Assembly: GCA_964621395.1 (NCBI GenBank)
Contig: CAZULS010000002.1
Coordinates: 87,306-151,305, forward strand
Source of the DNA: an uncultured Candidatus Saccharibacteria bacterium
Lineage (GTDB): Bacteria > Patescibacteriota > Minisyncoccia > Phycocordibacterales > JACNGX01
Direction: 5' to 3'
DNA length: 64,000 nt
Positions 36,441 to 44,777 of this stretch are shown piece after piece. Numbering within the stretch: the first letter of the stretch is position 1; the number at the start of each line of letters is the position of its first letter. A program made the translations under genes and the position numbers. A model generated the notes under the pieces. It was not told the DNA's origin and searched no databases. It saw nothing but the letters and a program-made list of their open reading frames with translations.

Positions 36441-37520
36441 ATGATGAAGCTTTCATATACAACATGTAGTGAAGATAAGACAATTCCTATTTATTCTGGA
36501 ACTAACGTATTAGGAAATCTAAAAAATCACCTTTCCAACACCGATTTCGATAAACTGGTTATTATCACAGATTCTAATGTTAATGATTTATGGGGAGAAG
36601 CACTGCTTGATGAGTTAGGAGGAATCGAAAAGGAAATGTTTGTTATCCAACCAGGGGAGCTGGCAAAAAGCCTCAATCAATATCAAAGTCTTTGTAATGA
36701 AATACTAAATAAAGAGATTACGAAAAAGACAGTCATTATTGCTTTTGGAGGTGGTGTTGTAGGAAATATCGCTGGTTTTGTTGCGGGAACGTTATTTCGA
36801 GGGATTAAATTTGTCCACATCCCCACGACTATCATGGCTCAGGCTGATAGTACTACTGGCGGTAAGCAGGCAATTAATACGGCTCATGGTAAAAACACTA
36901 TCGGCATGTTTTATGAGCCCGAGTTTATATTGATTGACTTTAATTTTTTAAAAACATTACCAGAGAGAGAAGTGAGAAGTGGTATTGCAGAATGTATTAA
37001 ACATGCGTTATGCCAAGATAAGAGATTATTGGATGAGCTCGAAAAAGGGATGGAGGGAATTTCTTTTCAGGACACAATTCAAAAGACGATATATTTGAAA
37101 TTGAAGACAATCAAAAAAGATCGGAAAGAAATAAATGAAGGCAAGATTCTCGTCTACGGACATACTATCGGACATGCAATCGAAATACTTTCTCACGGTA
37201 CGTTAAATCATGGTGAGGCTGTAAGTATCGGGATGTGTTGCGCCGCAACATTATCTAACGGGCTGGGGATACTCTCTTCTGAGAATAAGGAAAAACATTA
37301 TCGTGTTCTCAGAAAATGGAATTTGCCAACCAAAATTCCGCAGAATATAAAAGTAGAAGAAATCATCGATCGACTTCACTATGATAAGAAAATCAAAGAT
37401 AGTGATATTGAAATGATAGTATTGCGAGATATTGAAAAAGTATATAAAGTACGTGGAAGAGTGGGCTTGTCTATTGATGAAGAAACTCTCAAAAAATCAC
37501 TGGAACTTTGTTATAAATAA
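36441..37520 (+). CDS. 3-dehydroquinate synthase family protein (sugar phosphate cyclase superfamily)
   Basis: GGGVVGNIAGFVA NAD-binding motif and metal-binding His region HTIGHAIE. The gene is distinctly AT-rich (~35% GC) compared with its neighbours. Confidence 0.7.
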   Translation: MMKLSYTTCSEDKTIPIYSGTNVLGNLKNHLSNTDFDKLVIITDSNVNDLWGEALLDELGGIEKEMFVIQPGELAKSLNQYQSLCNEILNKEITKKTVIIAFGGGVVGNIAGFVAGTLFRGIKFVHIPTTIMAQADSTTGGKQAINTAHGKNTIGMFYEPEFILIDFNFLKTLPEREVRSGIAECIKHALCQDKRLLDELEKGMEGISFQDTIQKTIYLKLKTIKKDRKEINEGKILVYGHTIGHAIEILSHGTLNHGEAVSIGMCCAATLSNGLGILSSENKEKHYRVLRKWNLPTKIPQNIKVEEIIDRLHYDKKIKDSDIEMIVLRDIEKVYKVRGRVGLSIDEETLKKSLELCYK

Positions 37521-37562
37521 CATAAACATAGAAAAGCGCGGTGCCAAAGGCACCGCGCTTTT

Positions 37563-38180
37563 TTACTCCACAAAGGGGACAAACATGTATCCGGGATGTT
37601 CGTGCCGTTCTACTTCGCCGTTCTCATGCTTTATGAGAAGGACGATTGTGTCTTTCACAGGCGCGACGATATGTCCGCCCGGAGCGAGCTGCTCTATCCA
37701 GAAAGCAGGGATGTCTTCCGGGAGTTCAGCCGCGCAGATAATCCTCTGAAATGGTGCCTCCTCAGGTAAACCTTCTTGAGCGCTTTTTTCATGAATAGTC
37801 ACTCTTCCGTCGCTTAAAAAACCGTAGGATTCAATCGCTTTCTTTGACATGTTCGCAAGCTCGGAAACGATTTCCATACCGTGCACATGTCCCTTTTCAC
37901 CGACGATATGTCCGAGGAGTGCACTTTGCCATCCCGATCCAGAGCCGACATCAAGAACAGTGTCGCCCAGCTGCGCCTTGAGAAGCTCAAGCATAAAGAC
38001 GACGGTTTCCGGCTGGGAAATGGTTTGTCCGTAGCCGATTGAAAGAGGGTAGTTTTGGTATGCTTCAAGGCGTTTTTCTTTCGGTACGAATCGTGCACGG
38101 TCAATTGCACGTAAAGCACCCTCAATACGCGGATCGGTGAGAATATTTCGTTCTTTGAGTTGGAGAAGGAGGTGTTCCAT
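37563..38180 (-). CDS. pcm: protein-L-isoaspartate O-methyltransferase
   Basis: GYGQTISQP and VLDVGSGSGWQSALL SAM-binding motifs. Confidence 0.85.
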   Translation of the reverse strand: MEHLLLQLKERNILTDPRIEGALRAIDRARFVPKEKRLEAYQNYPLSIGYGQTISQPETVVFMLELLKAQLGDTVLDVGSGSGWQSALLGHIVGEKGHVHGMEIVSELANMSKKAIESYGFLSDGRVTIHEKSAQEGLPEEAPFQRIICAAELPEDIPAFWIEQLAPGGHIVAPVKDTIVLLIKHENGEVERHEHPGYMFVPFVE

Positions 38181-38184
38181 ATAA

Positions 38185-38300
38185 GCGAATTACGAATCTG
38201 TACGAATATACGAATTACGAATACTTCATTTGTTGTCATTCCGGCCTCTGAGCCGGAATCCAGAGAGTTGTTTCATTACTCACTTCTGCCTGGACCGAGC
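38185..38300. repeat. A-left arm + B-family hairpins
   Basis: GCGAATTACGAATCTGTACGAATATACGAATTACGAATACT followed by GTCATTCCGGCCTCTGAGCCGGAATC. Confidence 0.55.
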
Positions 38301-38433
38301 ACCACACTTTTGACTTCGTAAAGGACATATTTCTCCCAGTGAAATATCTTACTGACAAGGATATTCATTCTCAGACACATATGTGTGGTGCTCGGTGACG
38401 TGGAAATTTTGGTACTAAGTATTATTTGAGATT

Positions 38434-38715
38434 TTACTTCTCTTCCTCATCCTTTCCCCAGCGCCAGCGTGGAGGTTCGCCCTTCCACCAGGTAATTGAG
38501 ATAAGGAGTATGGCGAGTCCGATGGCAGTGCGTACATATGCCATAACATCTTCTTCAGTGTCGAAAGAAAAGAGAAATGAAGCACCGATGAGACATGTGA
38601 TAAATACTCCATAGACAACCCATCCTTGCCAGGTAAGTGGCAAGTCCCAACCCAATCCGTATCGTTTTGCACGGAACCAGTATACAGGTTCTTTTGAAGA
38701 TTTTTGGATATCCAT
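38434..38715 (-). CDS. hypothetical small membrane protein
   Basis: Two TM helices. The start is taken at MDIQKS. Confidence 0.4.
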   Translation of the reverse strand: MDIQKSSKEPVYWFRAKRYGLGWDLPLTWQGWVVYGVFITCLIGASFLFSFDTEEDVMAYVRTAIGLAILLISITWWKGEPPRWRWGKDEEEK

Positions 38716-38797
38716 AGGAGTGATGAAATAACAAATCACAAAAAACAAATCTCAAATAATACTCAATATCAAAATTCAACACTCAAACCCTTCTTAC

Positions 38798-38926
38798 TGT
38801 CATCCCCCACTCCGTGCCGAGCACTTTTTTCGCTTTGGCGAAAATGGTGCTTGGTGATGCGGGATCTAAGTAGAAGTAAGTGGTTGTTTTGATTTTTAGA
38901 TTCCCGTTCAAGCCGGGAATGACAGC
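38798..38926. repeat. B-family element (GTCATCCCCCACTCCGTGCCGAGCAC...GGTGCTTGGTGATGCGGGATC and GATTCCCGTTCAAGCCGGGAATGACAG)
   Basis: Shares its internal sequence with the 17312 and 18200 copies. Confidence 0.55.
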
Positions 38927-38988
38927 TGATGGATTGATTATTGGGTCATTGGATTTTATTTGTGATTTGGTGCTTGCGATTTGGGATT

Positions 38989-39441
38989 TTAACTGAAGGA
39001 TTCCTCAACCGCCTTTTTCACATCGTTACCGTCCGCGCGGCCCTTGAGATCTTTCATCATCATACCCATCAGCTTGTTGGCCTCGGAGCTGTCGGAAATG
39101 CCAAGCTCTGCTTTTTTCGCTTTCACTGCCGCCACAATCTCTTCCATACTCAATTGCTCGGGGAGATACTCTTGCAAAATCGCCAATTCGCGCTCTTCGC
39201 TTTCGGCAAGCTCCGGGCGACCGCCGTTTCGGAATTGTTCGGCTGCATCTTTGCGTTGCTTTGCCAGGCGGGTCACAACCGCGAGCGCCATTTCGTCGTC
39301 TACTGTGTCGGAAGGCTTTTTCTTCCGGGCAACAAGCTCATTGGTAAACGCTGATGTAATAGAGCGAAGCGTTGTGAGCCGTTCGCTGTCCTTAGCGCGC
39401 ATGGCCGTTTTGATGTCTTCTTTGATGGTGTCGTATAGCAT
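38989..39441 (-). CDS. GatB/YqeY domain protein
   Basis: 150 aa with the YqeY-like helical sequence (LVARKKKPSDTVDDEMALAVVTRLAKQRKDAAEQF). Confidence 0.7.
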   Translation of the reverse strand: MLYDTIKEDIKTAMRAKDSERLTTLRSITSAFTNELVARKKKPSDTVDDEMALAVVTRLAKQRKDAAEQFRNGGRPELAESEERELAILQEYLPEQLSMEEIVAAVKAKKAELGISDSSEANKLMGMMMKDLKGRADGNDVKKAVEESFS

Positions 39442-39576
39442 AGGATAGGAGGGCCTAAATCATCGCAAGCGACGATCGACCACGTTAGGAGATTAAATAT
39501 TAAACATTAAGAATTATGAATTCAGTATAGCAGGGTTTGGGGGAAATAACATGTCTTTAGGGGTCTGGGGAAGGGC

Positions 39577-39604
39577 TTGACAAAATATTTCATATGTGTA
39601 TAAT
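39577..39604 (+). promoter_or_regulatory. Consensus sigma-70 promoter TTGACA-N16-TATAAT
   Basis: Both hexamers match the consensus exactly. It is separated from the next CDS (40028) by ~420 nt that contain an intrinsic terminator. Confidence 0.6.
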
Positions 39605-39610
39605 AGACCA

Positions 39611-39972
39611 CAGAAATGAAATTCGTGAGTAAAAGGATATGTGCGGGTGTTATGATTACTTGCTGATATTACGATTTGATATTGCAGTAGTACGATTATC
39701 CGTTGCGTGCCAGGACCGGCAGTCTTCCGGACTTTTCCTCCTCGTACACGGGAAAGACATGTTCTTTTACTCACCCAGTTTTTGTTGTAGTACCTTTTAC
39801 TCTCACCAATGACGCCAACGGTCAGGTGATACAGAGAACAGTTGGGCTCATGCGCTGTACGTTTCGCGGTACGCATGAGTATAACAGCGATAGGCTGTGC
39901 TTGGATAAGCGACCCCTAAGCACAAGCCGAAAAGAGCGGTCGCCCCCGGGTTTTCCACCCGGGGTTCTTTTT
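39611..39972 (+). ncRNA. Candidate ~360 nt non-coding RNA (unknown class) bounded by a consensus promoter and an intrinsic terminator
   Basis: No credible ORF: the longest ATG-initiated ORF is 16 codons, and the 110/120 aa ORFs in the track run through the terminator or lie antisense. It ends at CCCCGGGT-TTTCC-ACCCGGGG-TTCTTTTTT. It contains long internal hairpins, e.g. CTCATGCGCTGTACG...CGGTACGCATGAG. Confidence 0.4.
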
Positions 39973-40027
39973 TATTGGTGTGTAAATACTTGCCCAAGTA
40001 TCGTATATTGCATATACTGCATAGCGT

Positions 40028-40564
40028 ATGGCTGATGAATTGATTGATATATACGACGAGCACAATGAGCCGACAGGGGTGCAAGAGATGAAAAGCGTCG
40101 CGCACCGTGATGGTTTGTGGCATCGAGCGGCTCATGTGTGGATGTACACTAAGAAAGGAGAAATACTCCTTCAGTTGCGTTCCATGGATAAAGAACTGCA
40201 CCCTGGGAAGTGGGATATTTCTGTGGGGGGGCATATCGGTGCTGGAGAAGATGTTGACAAGGCGGCACTGCGAGAAATAAAAGAAGAGATTGGCATGGAG
40301 GTAAGCATGGAGCAGCTTTCCTACTGGAAGACAGTGAAGAAATCTTCGAAACATACGTATCACAATAATGAATTTGATTACGTCTATTTTTTTCTCTTAA
40401 GAGAAGATCAGGAGTTTAATTTCAATGATGGAGAAGTAACCGATGTACGGTTAATACACGTTGACAAACTGGAAGAAGAAATAAAAAGCGACAATGAAGA
40501 CTATGTTCCTCATGGACAATACTGGTTTGACGTCATTGAAGAAGTACGAAAAAGAATTTCTTAA
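40028..40564 (+). CDS. NUDIX hydrolase
   Basis: Nudix box GGHIGAGEDVDKAALREIKEEIG. Confidence 0.8.
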   Translation: MADELIDIYDEHNEPTGVQEMKSVAHRDGLWHRAAHVWMYTKKGEILLQLRSMDKELHPGKWDISVGGHIGAGEDVDKAALREIKEEIGMEVSMEQLSYWKTVKKSSKHTYHNNEFDYVYFFLLREDQEFNFNDGEVTDVRLIHVDKLEEEIKSDNEDYVPHGQYWFDVIEEVRKRIS

Positions 40565-40598
40565 TTTCCTAATTTTTAATCTCCTATTCTCCTAATGT

Positions 40599-42425
40599 AT
40601 GTTATCCAACGACATTCGCACAACATTCCTCAATTTTTTTGAAAAGCGCGGGCACGCTATTGTGCCTTCGGCATCTGTCGTACCGGAGAATGACCCGTCG
40701 GTGCTTTTTACCACTGCCGGCATGCAGCCCTTAGTGCCGTATCTTCTCGGGGAGAGGCATCCGAGCGGTACGCGCATTGCCAATGTGCAGAAGTGTGTCC
40801 GCACGGGGGATATTGAAGAGGTGGGAGATAAAACACACGATACCTTCTTTGAGATGCTGGGGAATTGGTCGCTTGGCGATTATTTTAAGGATGATGCGAT
40901 TACCTGGAGCTACGAACTCCTCACGAGCACGGAGGAAGGGTTTGGTTTGGATCCGGAGCGTTTGTATATTACCGTCTTTGCGGGGAACTCTGACGCGCCA
41001 CGTGATGAGGAGGCGGCAGCGGTGTGGAAAAAGCTCGGTGTGCCCGAACACCGCATCTATTATTTGGAAGACAATTGGTGGAGCCCGGGAGAGAGCGGTC
41101 CGTGTGGTCCGGATTCGGAAATGTTTTATGATATTACCCCCGAAGGATTGGGTGATTTGAGCCACGAAGAATTCTTGGCGGCTGATGATGCACAGAAGGT
41201 GGTGGAGATTTGGAATGACGTCTTCATGGAATATGAGAAGAAAGACGAGAAGGTGATTGGGAAACTCTCGCAGAACAATGTCGATACCGGTGCCGGTCTT
41301 GAACGCTTGGCAATGGTACTGCAGGGGACAGACAATATCTTTGATACGGATCTTTTTGCGCCGATTGCCGCATCGATCCGTGAGAAAGCGGAGAAAGAGG
41401 ATGAGCGCGCGATGCGTATTGTGGCCGATCATATCCGCACGGCTGTCTTTTTGATTGAAGCGGGGGTGCGCCCGGGCAATACCGATCAGGGATATATTTT
41501 GCGCCGATTGCTTCGCAGGGCAGTGCGCTATGGAGATGTACTTGGTTTGGAACACGGCGCGCTTGTTGATATTGCCGGCGCTGCTCTCGGCTTGTATATG
41601 GATGTGTATCCGGAGCTTGCCAAGGCACGTGAGGTGATTGCAGAAGAGATAGGAAAGGAGGAGGAGAAGTTTAGAGCAACGCTCGCGCAGGGAATGAAAG
41701 AGTTTGAGAAACGATCAGTGAATGTTATTGTCGGAACACTTGCATTGGATAATGAGGAAAACAAAAAAAATAAGACTGAAAGTGTAAACTATCTCGCAGG
41801 GAAACAAGTGTTTGATTTGTATCAAACATACGGCTTCCCCATTGAACTTACACGAGAAATTGCCCATGAAAGAGGTTTGGAGATTGATGAGGATGGGTTT
41901 CGTGCAGAAATGAAAAAACATCAAGAAAAATCACGCACCGCGGCGGAAGGGAAGTTTAAGGGTGGATTGGGGGGCGACAACGAAAAGACGCGCGCGCTTC
42001 ACACGGCGACACACCTTCTTTTGGCCGCTCTGCGCAAAGAACTCGGCGAAGACGTGCATCAAGCTGGCTCCAATATCACCGAGGAGCGGCTGCGCTTTGA
42101 TTTTACCTATCCGGAAAAGGTGGAACGCGATGTGCTTGATCGTGTTGAGGCTTTTGTGAATGATGTGATTTCGCGGGATGTGGAAGTGTGCGTGGAAGAA
42201 ATGCCAAAAGAGGAAGCGAAAAAAGGCGGTGTGGAGGGAAGTTTCTGGGAGAAATATCCCGACACGGTGAAGGTCTATAGCATTGCACAGGATGGTGCTG
42301 TGTATTCTCGCGAATTGTGTGGCGGTCCGCATGTGGAGCGCACGGGTGGCATGGGCACATTCAGAATCAAAAAAGAAGAATCCTCATCTGCCGGTGTGCG
42401 CCGTATTAAGGCGGAGCTTGAATAG
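40599..42425 (+). CDS. alaS: alanyl-tRNA synthetase, truncated form lacking C-terminal C-Ala domain
   Basis: Catalytic core FTTAGMQP...GNWSLGDYFK and editing-domain HxxxH / CGGPHV motifs. Only 608 aa. Confidence 0.85.
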   Translation: MLSNDIRTTFLNFFEKRGHAIVPSASVVPENDPSVLFTTAGMQPLVPYLLGERHPSGTRIANVQKCVRTGDIEEVGDKTHDTFFEMLGNWSLGDYFKDDAITWSYELLTSTEEGFGLDPERLYITVFAGNSDAPRDEEAAAVWKKLGVPEHRIYYLEDNWWSPGESGPCGPDSEMFYDITPEGLGDLSHEEFLAADDAQKVVEIWNDVFMEYEKKDEKVIGKLSQNNVDTGAGLERLAMVLQGTDNIFDTDLFAPIAASIREKAEKEDERAMRIVADHIRTAVFLIEAGVRPGNTDQGYILRRLLRRAVRYGDVLGLEHGALVDIAGAALGLYMDVYPELAKAREVIAEEIGKEEEKFRATLAQGMKEFEKRSVNVIVGTLALDNEENKKNKTESVNYLAGKQVFDLYQTYGFPIELTREIAHERGLEIDEDGFRAEMKKHQEKSRTAAEGKFKGGLGGDNEKTRALHTATHLLLAALRKELGEDVHQAGSNITEERLRFDFTYPEKVERDVLDRVEAFVNDVISRDVEVCVEEMPKEEAKKGGVEGSFWEKYPDTVKVYSIAQDGAVYSRELCGGPHVERTGGMGTFRIKKEESSSAGVRRIKAELE

Positions 42426-42426
42426 T

Positions 42427-42696
42427 ATGATGACAACAAAGGAAAAAATTATAGAGGCGATAGGGTATCTCGCCGCAATACTGGGTACATTTTTAATGCT
42501 TCCTCAGGTAATTAAGTCTGTACAGACAGAAAGTGTTGGAGATGTATCGTTTGTCATGTTGTGGGTGTATGCCATCCAGTGTCTTCTCTGGCTTGTGTAC
42601 GGTATTGGCATAAAGAAAGTGCCTCTTGTGTTGTGTAATGGCATTGCCCTTATCATTGGTATTGTGCAACTCTACCTTAAATTTACGTTTGGGTAG
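42427..42696 (+). CDS. SemiSWEET / PQ-loop sugar transporter (3-TM)
   Basis: 89 aa with 3 TM helices and the PQ motif in FLMLPQVIKS. The ATG lies 1 nt after the alaS stop. Confidence 0.6.
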   Translation: MMTTKEKIIEAIGYLAAILGTFLMLPQVIKSVQTESVGDVSFVMLWVYAIQCLLWLVYGIGIKKVPLVLCNGIALIIGIVQLYLKFTFG

Positions 42697-42700
42697 GATT

Positions 42701-43348
42701 ATGCAAGCAATTATTTTTGACATGGACGGGCTGATGTTTGACACGGAGACCATGTACTCACGCGTCTTTGAAGAAATAGCCCGAGAGAAGGGGAAACAAT
42801 TAACATTGGATTTGAAAACGAAGTGCATGGGGAAGCGTGCCCTTGAGGGGGCAAAAATAATTAGTGAAGAATGGGAGGGTTGTATAACACCTGAGGAGTT
42901 ACTTGCTCAGCAAGATGCATTGCTTGTGTATCTCTATGAAACTGAGGCGGAAAAACTTCCCGGTCTTGATGAACTTCTTTCATTCCTCAAGGATAACAAT
43001 ATTCGAATGTGTATCGGTACATCATCGCGCATGTTTCTCGTCGATATTCTTCTCGATCGATTCAATCTTCGCGATAGTTTCGAGTTTGTTGTGTCGGGGG
43101 ATATGGTGGAGAAAGGGAAGCCAGCGCCGGATATTTATACACTATGTCTTGAAAAACTCAGTCTTTCGGGAGAAGAATGTCTGGTCTTGGAAGATTCACA
43201 CAACGGTATGGTGGCAGGGAAAGCCGCCGGATGCATGGTATGTGCGGTCCCTTCGGAGTACACAAAGCACCAGGATTTTTCAGGAGCTGACTTAATTGTG
43301 GATTCGCTGGGTGACATACGATTACAGAACTTTATTTTGGGACGATAA
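42701..43348 (+). CDS. HAD-superfamily hydrolase (beta-phosphoglucomutase-like)
   Basis: DMDGLMFDTE motif I, the motif GKPAPD and motif III in LVLEDSHNG. Confidence 0.8.
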   Translation: MQAIIFDMDGLMFDTETMYSRVFEEIAREKGKQLTLDLKTKCMGKRALEGAKIISEEWEGCITPEELLAQQDALLVYLYETEAEKLPGLDELLSFLKDNNIRMCIGTSSRMFLVDILLDRFNLRDSFEFVVSGDMVEKGKPAPDIYTLCLEKLSLSGEECLVLEDSHNGMVAGKAAGCMVCAVPSEYTKHQDFSGADLIVDSLGDIRLQNFILGR

Positions 43349-43510
43349 AGAAAGTTGAGCCGCGCGCCTGAAGAGCGCGCGGCTTTGTGTTTCTTGTTTG
43401 ACCTTTGTTATTTTTGTACATATTTCGTTTTCCATATTCCATCTATATACGGTATACTAATAACATCCTAGCTTAATTCGGTGATTCGTAATTCTTAATT
43501 CTCTTACATC

Positions 43511-44725
43511 ATGCCGCTTTTCTCTCGTCACTCACAAAAGGATGTTGAACTTGTGCTTGTATATGATATCGGCAGTGCTTCGGTGGGCGGTGCGCTTGTT
43601 CTTTTTGCTCCCGAAAAAAAGCCGAAGATTGTGTACAGCGTGAGACATGATATGGTATTTCAAAAAAATCTCAACGCGGCACGCATGGAGCAATCGATGT
43701 ATAAAGCCGTTGTATCTGTTTCAGAAGATTTGGTAGTGAGCGGCATTCCACATTTGCGTTTTACCACATTCGGTGCATTACGTCCGAAGAAAGCTTTCTG
43801 CTCTCTTGCGTCTCCGTGGATTGCGTCGCAGACCAGGAGTATTCACGTGGCATTTGATCGACCGCGGAAAATTCGTCAAGGAGACATTGTGAATCGTGTT
43901 GTACAAGAACGAAAGGCCTTTCTTGAAAGTGAGGATGTGAAAGAGCTTATCGGAAAAGACGAGCACATGATTATTGAGGAGAAGGTTATGCGAGTGCTTT
44001 TAAACGGATATGAAACCTCCCGACTTGAGAGCACTGATATTCGTACCATGGATATAAGTGCGGTGTTCTCCGTGGCGCCTCTTGGAGTTGTGCAGAATAT
44101 TTCCGATGACATACAAAAATCATTTGCTTCCTGTGAGGTATCGTTCCATTCGTTTTCCACTGTCCTTTTCAATGCCTTGCGCGACGTGACCGAAGAGAAA
44201 GAACGCGACTTTATCATGATTGATATTTCGGGCGAGGTCAGCGATGTCTCAGTGGTCAATGACATGAATCTTGTTGAGACGGTAACATTCCCCGTGGGAA
44301 AAAAGACGATTATTCGCCACATTGCTGAATCGGCGGGTATTGGCACGGAAGAGGCGTTGTCGTACATGCATCTTTCCCGTGAAGGGGAGATGACCGGCCA
44401 TACAAAAGAGAAGATAACAAAGGCGATTCAGAGTGCTCGTGATATGTGGTATCGCTCGTATGAACACGCTCTCACCGACCTTGCTGACACACACATGCTT
44501 TCTCATACGATGTACTTCACGTGTGATTCCGACGTAAAAGCATGGTTCCATGATGTGATTGATGATGCGGAAATGATTCGCTTTGGTGCTGAGCGCGATG
44601 AGAGTATCGTGCACGGTGTTGACCCGCTGTATTTGAGGGGGCGATGTGATATGGGGAGAGACATTGAGCCGGACGTGTTTCTTATGACCGGTGCGATTTG
44701 TGCACAGAAGGTTCTCATGCCGTAA
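43511..44725 (+). CDS. actin-like ATPase fold protein (FtsA/PilM-like), hypothetical
   Basis: Phosphate-1-like LVYDIGSASVGG and phosphate-2-like IMIDISGEVSDVSVV motifs of the ASKHA superfamily. Confidence 0.5.
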   Translation: MPLFSRHSQKDVELVLVYDIGSASVGGALVLFAPEKKPKIVYSVRHDMVFQKNLNAARMEQSMYKAVVSVSEDLVVSGIPHLRFTTFGALRPKKAFCSLASPWIASQTRSIHVAFDRPRKIRQGDIVNRVVQERKAFLESEDVKELIGKDEHMIIEEKVMRVLLNGYETSRLESTDIRTMDISAVFSVAPLGVVQNISDDIQKSFASCEVSFHSFSTVLFNALRDVTEEKERDFIMIDISGEVSDVSVVNDMNLVETVTFPVGKKTIIRHIAESAGIGTEEALSYMHLSREGEMTGHTKEKITKAIQSARDMWYRSYEHALTDLADTHMLSHTMYFTCDSDVKAWFHDVIDDAEMIRFGAERDESIVHGVDPLYLRGRCDMGRDIEPDVFLMTGAICAQKVLMP

Positions 44726-44777
44726 GTACCGACGTGATATACTAAAAGAGAACCTTTCTCATATCCCATACATACAT

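Noticed and set aside
39611-39972. RNase P RNA, SRP RNA and 6S RNA identities for the orphan transcript.
   Set aside because: I could not find the universally conserved RNase P CR-I (GNAANNUCGGGC-like) or CR-V elements, nor the SRP domain IV GGAA/AGCAGC motifs. The length is too great for 6S. The identity is left open rather than asserted.
39514-40035. Two overlapping ORFs (120 aa on the minus strand, 110 aa on the plus strand) inside the candidate ncRNA interval.
   Set aside because: The plus-strand ORF reads straight through a strong intrinsic terminator into the NUDIX promoter region, and the minus-strand ORF is antisense to the promoter. Neither has a recognisable family. The interval is better explained as non-coding.
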